Assembly: GCA_035292445.1 (NCBI GenBank)
Contig: DATDQB010000020.1
Coordinates: 27,484-91,483 of the forward strand
DNA: 64,000 nt
Direction of reading: 5' to 3'
DNA from: Candidatus Omnitrophota bacterium
GTDB taxonomy: Bacteria > Omnitrophota > Gorgyraeia > Zapsychrales > Zapsychraceae
The notes under the pieces were generated by a model that was given only the letters and a program-made list of their open reading frames with translations, was not told where the DNA came from and did not search any database. Below are positions 48,074 through 56,552 of this stretch, one piece after another. Numbering within the stretch: position 1 is the first letter of the stretch; every line of letters begins with the position of its first letter. A program made the position numbers and the translations under genes.

Positions 48074-48716
48074 TAACAGCTCCTTTTCGGCGGGCCGGTG
48101 TCCCCCAATATGTGCCCGCTTCTTTGCAATCATCAACCACCGTAGCCCCCGCTCCTATAAGACATCCTGGCGCGATCCTTTTGCCGACGATGACCGTACT
48201 GCCGGGGCCTATCAGAGACCCTTGCCCTATAAATACCCCTCCGCATAACGTCACGCCGGGCGCAACATGAACATGGTCTTCGATAACGCAATCGTGATCG
48301 ACCGATGATGTTGTATTAATAATGGCATTGTTGCCTATGCGACTGCCCGGGCCTATGATAACGCCTGCCGCGATAAATACGCCGCGGCCTAACTGCGCAT
48401 TACCGGATACGACCGCGCTCGGATGGATCACGTTAGGAAAACCAAAACCGATTCGCTGCACATCCTGGAAAAGGCTTTGGCGCGTTTTGTTATCCACCAC
48501 AGACCCAACGCAAATAAAAGCGTACCGATAGCCTTGGTCGAATAATGCCTGTAAGTCCTCATCACGGCCTAGAACAGGGACCCCGTCAACTGACTCTCCT
48601 TTGGTGAATAAAGGATCGGTAATGCCTGCGATCTCATATTGCCCGCTACTTTTTATCGCGTCGATAACAACACGGCAATGACCTCCCCCTCCTATTAATA
48701 AGACTTTGTCTTTCAT
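48048..48716 (-). CDS. NeuD/PglD-family hexapeptide acetyltransferase (LegH role)
   Basis: GGGGHCRVV, IHPSA, INT..VDHDC hexapeptide repeats and GTPAR. Confidence 0.9.
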   Translation of the reverse strand: MKDKVLLIGGGGHCRVVIDAIKSSGQYEIAGITDPLFTKGESVDGVPVLGRDEDLQALFDQGYRYAFICVGSVVDNKTRQSLFQDVQRIGFGFPNVIHPSAVVSGNAQLGRGVFIAAGVIIGPGSRIGNNAIINTTSSVDHDCVIEDHVHVAPGVTLCGGVFIGQGSLIGPGSTVIVGKRIAPGCLIGAGATVVDDCKEAGTYWGTPARRKGAVSDIASIIQ

Positions 48717-49816
48717 GTACTGACCTTGGCCTTCTTTAAGATCTCACACACATATTCAATATCTTCATTTGTATTCAACGTTGAACTGGGCAAACATAGG
48801 CCGCGTTCATAGATCTCTTGGGCAACAGCATATTCCGCCTTGGCAAAACGCTGGTACGGCGGGAATGACGTCACCGGCATGAATATTCTTCGTGATTGGA
48901 TCCCCGCCAGTTCTAACTGCTTTTGGGTCTCTTGGACATCGGTCTCAGCATCAAAGAGAGCGCACGTCAACCAAAATGAAGGTTGGGTTTGAGGGTAAGC
49001 TTCTTGGAACACGATCGAACCCAAAGAAGAAAGGCGCCGACGATAGATATCATTAAACGCCTTTTTCTGCTGAAGGAATTGTTCAAAACTCTCCATTTGG
49101 GCGAGCCCTAACGCGGCCTGGATATTCGTCATGCGATAATTAAAACCTATTTCCGAATAATAATGGTCCCCTTCCAGATCCCGCGCTTGATTGACCAGGC
49201 ATCTGATGTGCCGGCTTCGCTTCTCCTGGGCGCTCACGACCATGCCTCCGCTTGCGGTCGTCATCGTTTTATTGCCGTTAAAGCTGAAACATCCGAAATC
49301 CCCGAACGTTCCCACATGGGCTCCCTTATAGGTCGCGCCTAGCGCTTCCGTCGCGTCCTCAACGACAAAAAGGTCATTTTCCTTCGCAATGTCCATGATC
49401 TCATCCATCGCGCAGGGATTGCCGTAAAGATGCACCGGAATGATGGCCTTTGTTCTTTCGGTGATGTTCTTACGGATCTCTTTAGGATCGATATTCCATG
49501 TCTTTGGGTCGACATCCACAAAAACAGGTGTGGCGCCGCAATACATAACGGGGTTGACCGTCGCAATGAACGTTAACGCGGGTACGATCACTTCATCGCC
49601 GGGCCCGATGCCAAGCTCGTGTAAAGATATGTGCAGCGCCGCCGTGCCGCTTTGCGTGGCTACGCCATAAGGCGAGCCTAAACGATGGGCGAGTGTGTCC
49701 TCAAATGTCTTTACAAATGTTCCCACGGAAGACACGTACCCGCTGTCAATGGCCTCATTGACATATTTTTTTTCTGTTGCCCCGACACGGGGCGCGTCTA
49801 AATATATTTTTTTCAT
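48713..49816 (-). CDS. LegC-like DegT family aminotransferase
   Basis: VSSVG, SGTAALH, EDATEALG and FSFNGNKTMTT.GG; sits within the leg-type module. Confidence 0.85.
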   Translation of the reverse strand: MKKIYLDAPRVGATEKKYVNEAIDSGYVSSVGTFVKTFEDTLAHRLGSPYGVATQSGTAALHISLHELGIGPGDEVIVPALTFIATVNPVMYCGATPVFVDVDPKTWNIDPKEIRKNITERTKAIIPVHLYGNPCAMDEIMDIAKENDLFVVEDATEALGATYKGAHVGTFGDFGCFSFNGNKTMTTASGGMVVSAQEKRSRHIRCLVNQARDLEGDHYYSEIGFNYRMTNIQAALGLAQMESFEQFLQQKKAFNDIYRRRLSSLGSIVFQEAYPQTQPSFWLTCALFDAETDVQETQKQLELAGIQSRRIFMPVTSFPPYQRFAKAEYAVAQEIYERGLCLPSSTLNTNEDIEYVCEILKKAKVST

Positions 49817-49834
49817 TGGGTCGGCCTATTGCTT

Positions 49835-50908
49835 TTATACACGGTCGAGTTCCTCAACACTTCTTCGGTATTCTTCCCATTGCCCGACATCGATCCAGGA
49901 CTTCTCGCTGATCGGGAAAACAGACACTTTGCCGCCGGATTTTCTTACCCTTTCGATCAGATCCGTCATATGAAACACTTTATTGCGAGGGATGTAGGTA
50001 AGGGCCTTTTGGCTCAGGACATACATCCCGGTGCTGACCAAATAATCAAAAGAAGGCTTTTCCTGTAACTTGCTCAGCTCTCCCCCGTCATTGATCTCAC
50101 AGATCCCGTAAGGGACGACAAAGTGCCGCATGGAACCCACCAGCGTGATATCATTCCCGTTTTCCTGGTGGAACTTGACTAGTTCGCTGTAATCGCAATC
50201 GATGATAATGTCGCAATTCGTGACAAGGACGTCGCTATGCACCGTATTCAAGAGTTTTGTCAGGCACCCAGCTGTTCCCAGCGGTTTTCTTTCAATGAGA
50301 TATTCGATCTGATACTTGGGCTCTAATTCTTCGAAATAGGCCTTGATGATCTTCGATTTGTAGTTCAACGAGATGTAAAATTTTTTCACGCCGAATTCGC
50401 GTAACTTACCGATGATTATCTCGATGATCGGCTTTCCCTTAATGGGGATGAGCGGCTTAGGCAAAATTTCTGTGAACGGCGCCAGCCGCGTCCCGCTGCC
50501 GCCCGCCATGACCACGACCGGGACATTCAATTTCCGTTGATGGCGTTTCTTTGCCCCGTTAAAGACCGCATCCCACACCAGCACATCGACGATATTTCTA
50601 TTGGCGTCAATGACAGGATAGCAGTCTATTTTCTCTTTAAGCATCGCCTTCTTGACGTCTTCCAAATCATAATTCTCGCCAAATACGCGCGGTTTATTGT
50701 TATAGATCTCCTTGACCCCGCTTGAGACTTTACCGTTGGAGAGCACCCACCGGCGCACATCCCCATCCGTTACCGTGCCCAGTAAACGCTGCTTCTCATC
50801 GACCACGAATGCGATGCGCTTTGAATTATTATCCATGACGCGCATGGCTTCTTTGATGCTCGTTAGTTCCGTAATGAGAAATTTTTCAAGACTCTTTGAC
50901 ATATCCAT
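49835..50908 (-). CDS. CBS-domain sugar-phosphate nucleotidyltransferase (PtmE/LegX-like)
   Basis: GTVTDGDVRR CBS pair, MAGGSGTRL.P.T..PKPL, PLGTAG, VPYG and WIDVG. Confidence 0.88.
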   Translation of the reverse strand: MDMSKSLEKFLITELTSIKEAMRVMDNNSKRIAFVVDEKQRLLGTVTDGDVRRWVLSNGKVSSGVKEIYNNKPRVFGENYDLEDVKKAMLKEKIDCYPVIDANRNIVDVLVWDAVFNGAKKRHQRKLNVPVVVMAGGSGTRLAPFTEILPKPLIPIKGKPIIEIIIGKLREFGVKKFYISLNYKSKIIKAYFEELEPKYQIEYLIERKPLGTAGCLTKLLNTVHSDVLVTNCDIIIDCDYSELVKFHQENGNDITLVGSMRHFVVPYGICEINDGGELSKLQEKPSFDYLVSTGMYVLSQKALTYIPRNKVFHMTDLIERVRKSGGKVSVFPISEKSWIDVGQWEEYRRSVEELDRV

Positions 50909-50909
50909 T

Positions 50910-52766
50910 TTAAACTCCTATCAATTCGCCGCTTGCCGCATATAAATGCTGGTGCAGCCTCTGTTGCGCCTGGCCGTCGCAATAACGGTCGATATATTTT
51001 TTTACATACGCATCCTGGTATTCCTTGAATTCCTCTTCACTGCATTCATGAAGCCAATAGTGGGCGGCTTGCTTGAGCTGGTCATATCCTCTCACGCAAA
51101 ACTTTGGCATCTTGAATACGTCGAACACGGCCTGGTCAAACCTGTCTGATGTGACCTGACAGACCGCTCTTACGCCGCCAACGAGCGCTTCCTGGGTGGC
51201 GCTCGAATTAAAACCGCCGATCACCAGATCAAATATTCCCATAAAATCAAAACTCGCATAATGGGGCGCTTTTTCATTCGCAAAAATGACCCGCTCATGG
51301 CTGATGAGCTTCTTGAATTCAGCGTTCAACTCCTTGCTCTGCTCTATCGCATCCTGGCTTCTTGTCTTGAATATGAAAAAATACTGTTCGTGCTCTTGGA
51401 TGAAACGGTATGCATCGCGATAGCTCGCAATACCTTCCTCCAAATTAAAAAACCCGGCCCTTCCTATCGCCGTATCAAAAAACCCTATCAATTTTCTATC
51501 GAGCGGGACGCCGAATTCCCTTTTCAGCCGATCCTTACGTGCAGGATCATGCTTAGTCTCATAAATGATATCGGAGGGGTACGTGCCTGTATCAACATAA
51601 TTCTCGATGCAGTTCCTTGATCTTGAAAAATTATTGAGCGAAATAAAGTTTGAAAAGATGGTGCCGTAGACCGTATAACTGTAATACAAGTCAATGGGCA
51701 AACTCATATCTTCCCTGTAAACATAATCAAAACTCGCCGATTTGTAGACAAACACGGTTTGAGAACCATGCCTTTCCTGTATCAAGGTGCGCGAGACGCT
51801 CCCCGGGTCCTGAACAGCGATGAATTTCTCAACCCTGTACTTCTCGAAAAACATTCCCCATTCGATGAAATCCTTGATGGTCTTCAGATAAACCCTTAAC
51901 ACACCGAGCTTAGGCTTTTGAACCGACCGGAAAAGTGTTTGTAGGTGCTTGATCCCGGGAAGTATATTCTTTCGATAGACTTCCTGACTGAAATTTCTCG
52001 TCATTTCCTTGAAATAACATTGGTCGAACCCGTTCCCCGAAAGCCTCTCCAGAACCGGCGCCGACATCTTTCTGTCCATGACATAAAGCGTGTCCTTTTG
52101 ATCAACGCCCGTTTCAGGATGGATAAACTCAAGCTTGTTGATGTTCTTTTTCAGATCGATCCCGCTATCGAACATGAGTGCTGCATTCTTGTATTCTTTT
52201 ACTGCATATTTGGTTTCTTTGCCCTTCATGGTAAATTGCAAAATGGTTGGATAGAATTTTATCCCCATTCGGTAAACGAAGCTGGTTTTCAGTTCCTGCT
52301 GATACATCGCGTTAAGGTACCATGCGGGTATCGTAAAGCAATCCGGCAAGAAGCCTTTCTTTTCGGCCAAGATCTTGTAGATCGAATAATAAAATGGCTT
52401 CGGTATGAAATGTATCTTCTCTTTAATGTTGTGTTTCTTGACAAATTCGACGGCGAACGCAAAAGAGATCATAAGATCGGCCAACTGGGCAACGATCTCC
52501 TTTTGCATAAAGTTCTTCGCCCGAGGATCGGCAAAGGCGCGTATCAGGGCTTCTTCCTGTTCTTGCGTCACATAGTCCCGGTAAAACCAATCCATGGCTT
52601 TGGCCGCTTGAGAGCGCACAACATAGCGCTGGGTCAGATCAAATAGATCGCATTCAAGCAAGGTCGCATTGCGGCAATCCCCCTCTGCAACATAAAGGGA
52701 ACTATAGCCCTTGCATCTTGAAGGCTTATATTGAGCCGCGTGTTCTAATAAACAGACTTTTGACAT
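50910..52766 (-). CDS. Hypothetical polysaccharide-biosynthesis protein (candidate nonulosonate transferase)
   Basis: 618 aa between neuA and the leg genes. C-terminus IGFFD...FIFK...DLVIGGFNSSATQEAL...CDG resembles GT-B-like / PFTS-motif proteins; uncertain. Confidence 0.45.
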   Translation of the reverse strand: MSKVCLLEHAAQYKPSRCKGYSSLYVAEGDCRNATLLECDLFDLTQRYVVRSQAAKAMDWFYRDYVTQEQEEALIRAFADPRAKNFMQKEIVAQLADLMISFAFAVEFVKKHNIKEKIHFIPKPFYYSIYKILAEKKGFLPDCFTIPAWYLNAMYQQELKTSFVYRMGIKFYPTILQFTMKGKETKYAVKEYKNAALMFDSGIDLKKNINKLEFIHPETGVDQKDTLYVMDRKMSAPVLERLSGNGFDQCYFKEMTRNFSQEVYRKNILPGIKHLQTLFRSVQKPKLGVLRVYLKTIKDFIEWGMFFEKYRVEKFIAVQDPGSVSRTLIQERHGSQTVFVYKSASFDYVYREDMSLPIDLYYSYTVYGTIFSNFISLNNFSRSRNCIENYVDTGTYPSDIIYETKHDPARKDRLKREFGVPLDRKLIGFFDTAIGRAGFFNLEEGIASYRDAYRFIQEHEQYFFIFKTRSQDAIEQSKELNAEFKKLISHERVIFANEKAPHYASFDFMGIFDLVIGGFNSSATQEALVGGVRAVCQVTSDRFDQAVFDVFKMPKFCVRGYDQLKQAAHYWLHECSEEEFKEYQDAYVKKYIDRYCDGQAQQRLHQHLYAASGELIGV

Positions 52767-53473
52767 TTCTTCTCTTCCAGGTATTGCAGGGCGATCGCCA
52801 GATCGCCGCTCGTGTCAATATCAACGGATGACTTTTCATCCATGATAAAAGGCAATATATGCTTGTTGTGGTCCTGTAAATGGCACATGATCTCTGACGA
52901 GCCTAAGTAAATGGCCCCGTTAGGCAAATAATATGTATCTAAACCTTGGCGTTGCCGTTTCGTCAGGGCTTCATCAAAACAGAATTCAATATACCCGGCA
53001 TCATTCGTTCTCATCAGCCAGGCCGTCTTCTGAGGGGCTCGCGTGACAGAGATCAGATGATCTTTTTCTGTTTTTTTGTGCCGAAAATAATGCTCGATCG
53101 CCTGATCGATCTCTTTAGCTGACCTTAACGGCGACGTTGGCTGAAGAAGGACAATATAATCATATTGGCAATGCTCGTTCTCCTTGAGCCAGTTGACACA
53201 ATGCTCAATGGCGTGCTCGATCAATGATTCATCCTGGGCGAGTTGCGCCGGCCTTAAGAACGGAACGTCCGCACCGCCCTGACGAGCAATAGCGGCAATG
53301 GCTTCACTGTCCGTCGAAACAATGGTCCGGTCAATGTATTGGGAACCCTTGGCCGCCTCGATCGTCCAGCGGATCAACGATTTGCCACCAAGATCGGCAA
53401 GGTTCTTGTTCTTTAAACCCTTGGACCCGGCTCTTGCCCCAATGAACGCCAATATATTCTTCTTATTGAACAT
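52745..53473 (-). CDS. neuA: Acylneuraminate cytidylyltransferase (NeuA/LegF-like)
   Basis: ARAGSKGLKNKN, VSTD, PFLRP, LQPTSPLR, PNGAIY and DIDT. Confidence 0.9.
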   Translation of the reverse strand: MFNKKNILAFIGARAGSKGLKNKNLADLGGKSLIRWTIEAAKGSQYIDRTIVSTDSEAIAAIARQGGADVPFLRPAQLAQDESLIEHAIEHCVNWLKENEHCQYDYIVLLQPTSPLRSAKEIDQAIEHYFRHKKTEKDHLISVTRAPQKTAWLMRTNDAGYIEFCFDEALTKRQRQGLDTYYLPNGAIYLGSSEIMCHLQDHNKHILPFIMDEKSSVDIDTSGDLAIALQYLEEKKCQKSVY

Positions 53474-53500
53474 TTCTTAATTGTCCTAATTATCCTTTAA

Positions 53501-53640
53501 GGTACAAGATAACAAGATACAAGTTCCAAACAAATCCCAAGCACCAAATTCAAAATAACAAACGGTCCGATAGGAATATTTGTTTGAAATTTGGGATTTG
53601 GAGTTTGTTTGTACCTTGTTTCTTGTATCTTGGAATTTCA
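53501..53640. repeat. Heptamer-periodic imperfect palindrome, copy B
   Basis: Left arm ggtacaa-g-ataacaa-gatacaa-gttccaa-acaa-atcccaa-gcaccaa-attcaaa. Right arm reverse complement TGAA-attccaa-gatacaa-gaaacaa-ggtacaa-acaa-actccaa-atcccaa-atttcaa. Confidence 0.85.
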
Positions 53641-53660
53641 TATTTCTATTTGATATTCTC

Positions 53661-55253
53661 TTATAATGGTTTCGCTTCTTTTTCTATAGGGGCATTGACC
53701 TTTTTATTGACCATATTGAAAGATGGCCCTGAAACGGCCAACGGCCTTGTCAACGCGTCCGCATCACCCCAATGTTTGCGGGTCTGCTCCAATAACCGCA
53801 GGTCCCTTTGCATGACAATTTGCTGTAAACCCAACAATTGCGCCGGTGAAAATTTATGGGAGATCGTTGCGGTGATCCGGGACGCATCCCCCAGGTCTTT
53901 GACAAAGGCCTCGAGATCGCCGGCATATTGCTGAAGGATCGAATCCTTATACGCGTAGTACCATTCCGATCCCGGATAAGGTGTTGCAAAGTGCGGCTTG
54001 GTATGGATGCCCAGTTTGATCAGGCATTCAATGGTCGTTTTCACACTTTCAAACGATTCCTGGGGAAAACCGATAATGATATTAGGGATGGGGATGATAC
54101 CCGATTCCATGCATATCTTCGGCGCCTCAAGATTGTTCTGTTGATTAACGCCCTTGCCTAAATTCTTAAGAATAAAGGGATCAAAGGACTCGATCCCGTA
54201 AACAAGGTGAGAGCAACCCGACTTATACATAAGGTCCAATAACTCTTTATTCGCCAAACTCGCGTGGCTTGTTCCCGACCAAAATACACCGCCTTTGTTC
54301 TCCTCATCGGGCGTCCCGTCCCGCCGGGAACTCGGTTGAAGCCCCTCTTTGATCCATAGATCACAAAGTTCCTGCAACCAGGATCTTTGTCCGGTGCGGC
54401 GGCTCGTCACATCCATCGTCATAAGGTTCTCATCGATAAAATTGATAAAATCGATCTGATATTTTTTCACTAACGTTTTGACCATATCCACGATATAGCG
54501 CGGGCTGTGGTAGCGGATATTGCGCCCGTACGTAAAACGCACGTCATTCTCGCCATGCTCGTTCTTTTCGATCACCATGTCGCCGGTCGTCCCCAAATGC
54601 CAGCAGAATTTGCAGACCAAACCGCATCCTAAACTGCCCATAATATCTATCCGCCTTTTTGAGCAGAAAGCGGCCTCGCTAAAGAGCAGCTGTGAATTCT
54701 TGAAATAGATCTCCAGAGGAAGCAGGTCCCAGGCCGGATAAGGCAACACATCCATGTCCTTGATATTTGGCCGGACCGGCGTTAGAACGCCCTTTTTATT
54801 CTTGTCCCGGTAACAGATGCCCAACGTATTTGTAAAATCATGGTCGTTCTTACCGATCTTATCGAGGATCTCGGGCCATGTAACGAACGATTCCCCCATA
54901 AGGCCCAGATCGATCTCGGGCAGCCATTCCATCATCTCTTTGGGCATACTGGTAAAGAACCCGCCGCCGGCAACAATAAATGACTTGGGGGAAATTTGCT
55001 TGCAGATCTTAAGCGTTCTCTTGATCGAGCCATACGTCGTTGTCAATCCGCCGATCGCGATGACATCCCAATCATCCGCGGCGCAGACCTTTTTCATCAT
55101 TTCCGGCCCCTTGCGCCAGGCGTTCTCGTCATAGATCTGGACTTGATGCCCCTTTTCGACCGCAATGCTGGCCAACAAACTTATCCCATAAGGGATGTGT
55201 TTTGGGTCATCTTCCTCCCTCACAATAGGATTGATCATCAATACTTTGGCCAT
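53661..55253 (-). CDS. Cobalamin-binding radical SAM protein
   Basis: VLMINP..IPYG, VAGGG, LPYPAWDL, GCGLVCKFC (CX3CX2C), FIDEN, YGIES, IIGFP and PYPGS. Confidence 0.88.
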   Translation of the reverse strand: MAKVLMINPIVREEDDPKHIPYGISLLASIAVEKGHQVQIYDENAWRKGPEMMKKVCAADDWDVIAIGGLTTTYGSIKRTLKICKQISPKSFIVAGGGFFTSMPKEMMEWLPEIDLGLMGESFVTWPEILDKIGKNDHDFTNTLGICYRDKNKKGVLTPVRPNIKDMDVLPYPAWDLLPLEIYFKNSQLLFSEAAFCSKRRIDIMGSLGCGLVCKFCWHLGTTGDMVIEKNEHGENDVRFTYGRNIRYHSPRYIVDMVKTLVKKYQIDFINFIDENLMTMDVTSRRTGQRSWLQELCDLWIKEGLQPSSRRDGTPDEENKGGVFWSGTSHASLANKELLDLMYKSGCSHLVYGIESFDPFILKNLGKGVNQQNNLEAPKICMESGIIPIPNIIIGFPQESFESVKTTIECLIKLGIHTKPHFATPYPGSEWYYAYKDSILQQYAGDLEAFVKDLGDASRITATISHKFSPAQLLGLQQIVMQRDLRLLEQTRKHWGDADALTRPLAVSGPSFNMVNKKVNAPIEKEAKPL

Positions 55254-56296
55254 TATGCTCGCTCCCCTCTCATCGACCCCAGAAATGAATCCAGGTTAAC
55301 ACATTGGATATTTTCACTAAAAAGGGTTCCCGCTTCCGTGCAGTTATAGGTCTCGGAGGTCTTTTTCTCCAATAACCCCAGGAAATTCCTTCGGTACCAA
55401 TAGTAAGTCGGGTCCGTATAAAATTTTTCTTTTGTTAAAGGGAACTCAAAATCCATGAAACATTGATCAATGTCTGAATCGCCCTCCAGATGATGGATCA
55501 ATTCATAATACGTCTGCGTTTTCTCCTTGGGCGTATCATAATAATAACCAAAGTCCATACCCACCAAGCCAATGCGGGGTATCTTTAAGATGGAATTCGC
55601 GAATACCCATGAGGCCGTTCCCACCGTTCCTCCTGTTGCCATACAGGGAAGTTTATTGATGGCGTATATCCTTTTTGTCAAACTGTCCGGCCTTTTCGGG
55701 TCATCCACAAGCGGGTTCCACCAATAGAGATCGCCCTTGGCTTCCTTTAATCTTTTAACAACATTGCGAGGAGCAGAGCTCGCAATGATAAATCTGCTTA
55801 AATGGCCCTGCTGATCAACGAGCTTAATATGTTCCTGATTCTGTTCGATCGAATTCTTGCGAAACGCCATATCCAGATCCTGCCTTGCGAAATAATCGTC
55901 AGCTTCGGCGTGCTTTTCAAAATCATGGTCGCCGAACCAGCGCACGATCCTGCTCGGATGGGGATCAAGGGTCAAGACAAAATCTGGTATAAGCCCCGCC
56001 TTAAGACAGGCGATATAGGCCCCATCGACGGCGATCACGCTGCCCCGAAACCCTTGCGCCGCGATCCTTTTGATCGAATTTCTCTTATACACGCTTGGCC
56101 CCGCGCTGATCACAATGGCCGATCTGGCCTTTTCACCCACTAAAGGAGGCAATTGTTTGATCGTTCTTTTCGCATCCGGCAAATTCAAACCGGCATGCTT
56201 GACCAATGTATCCGCGTGCCGCTGATAACCAACGCCGGCTACCTGCTCAACGATCTCCTTAAATTTATTTTCCTTAATTCCCGCTCCAGAACTCAC
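55253..56296 (-). CDS. DUF115 / MptE-like (Maf-related) protein
   Basis: AIVISAGPS, IAVDGA, GLIPDFVLTLDP, GGTV, LVGMDFGY and YNCTEAG match the DUF115/MAF_flag10 pattern. GTG start overlaps the upstream TAG. Confidence 0.8.
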   Translation of the reverse strand: MSSGAGIKENKFKEIVEQVAGVGYQRHADTLVKHAGLNLPDAKRTIKQLPPLVGEKARSAIVISAGPSVYKRNSIKRIAAQGFRGSVIAVDGAYIACLKAGLIPDFVLTLDPHPSRIVRWFGDHDFEKHAEADDYFARQDLDMAFRKNSIEQNQEHIKLVDQQGHLSRFIIASSAPRNVVKRLKEAKGDLYWWNPLVDDPKRPDSLTKRIYAINKLPCMATGGTVGTASWVFANSILKIPRIGLVGMDFGYYYDTPKEKTQTYYELIHHLEGDSDIDQCFMDFEFPLTKEKFYTDPTYYWYRRNFLGLLEKKTSETYNCTEAGTLFSENIQCVNLDSFLGSMRGERA

Positions 56297-56475
56297 TACT
56301 CACCGTCCCCTTCCCACGTTAATTCCGTTCTTTCCATATAAACCATACTCCCGCCTAGCGAAGCCAACGCTTTCGCCCTTAATTGCTCACGAACAGAAGA
56401 TTTCTCAACCTTTTCATCATTTGCCTTTATAGGATTTTTGACTTTAAAATTGCCTTTTAAGATATCTTCTTCCAT
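56296..56475 (-). CDS. Small hypothetical protein, 59 aa
   Basis: Strong SD GGGAGG before ATG at 56475 (MEEDILK...LGGSMVYMERTELTWEGDGE); its stop overlaps the DUF115 start (TAGTG). Confidence 0.7.
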   Translation of the reverse strand: MEEDILKGNFKVKNPIKANDEKVEKSSVREQLRAKALASLGGSMVYMERTELTWEGDGE

Positions 56476-56526
56476 TTTTCCCTCCCGCTCATTTTTCCTC
56501 ATTTCCATAAATCAGAAGGAAATGAG

Positions 56527-56552
56527 CGAGGCTCGCCCCAACGGGGCGGCCT
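56527..56552. repeat. Bulged REP-like hairpin, copy 2
   Basis: CGAGGCTCGCCCC-aac-GGGGCGGCCT, directly after the ABC transporter stop codon. Confidence 0.7.

Noticed and set aside
53584-53934. Plus-strand hydrophobic ORF MKFGIWSLFVPCFLYLGISYF...
   Set aside because: Its N-terminus is simply the translation of the TTG-periodic right arm of the palindrome, and the rest is antisense to the rSAM gene.
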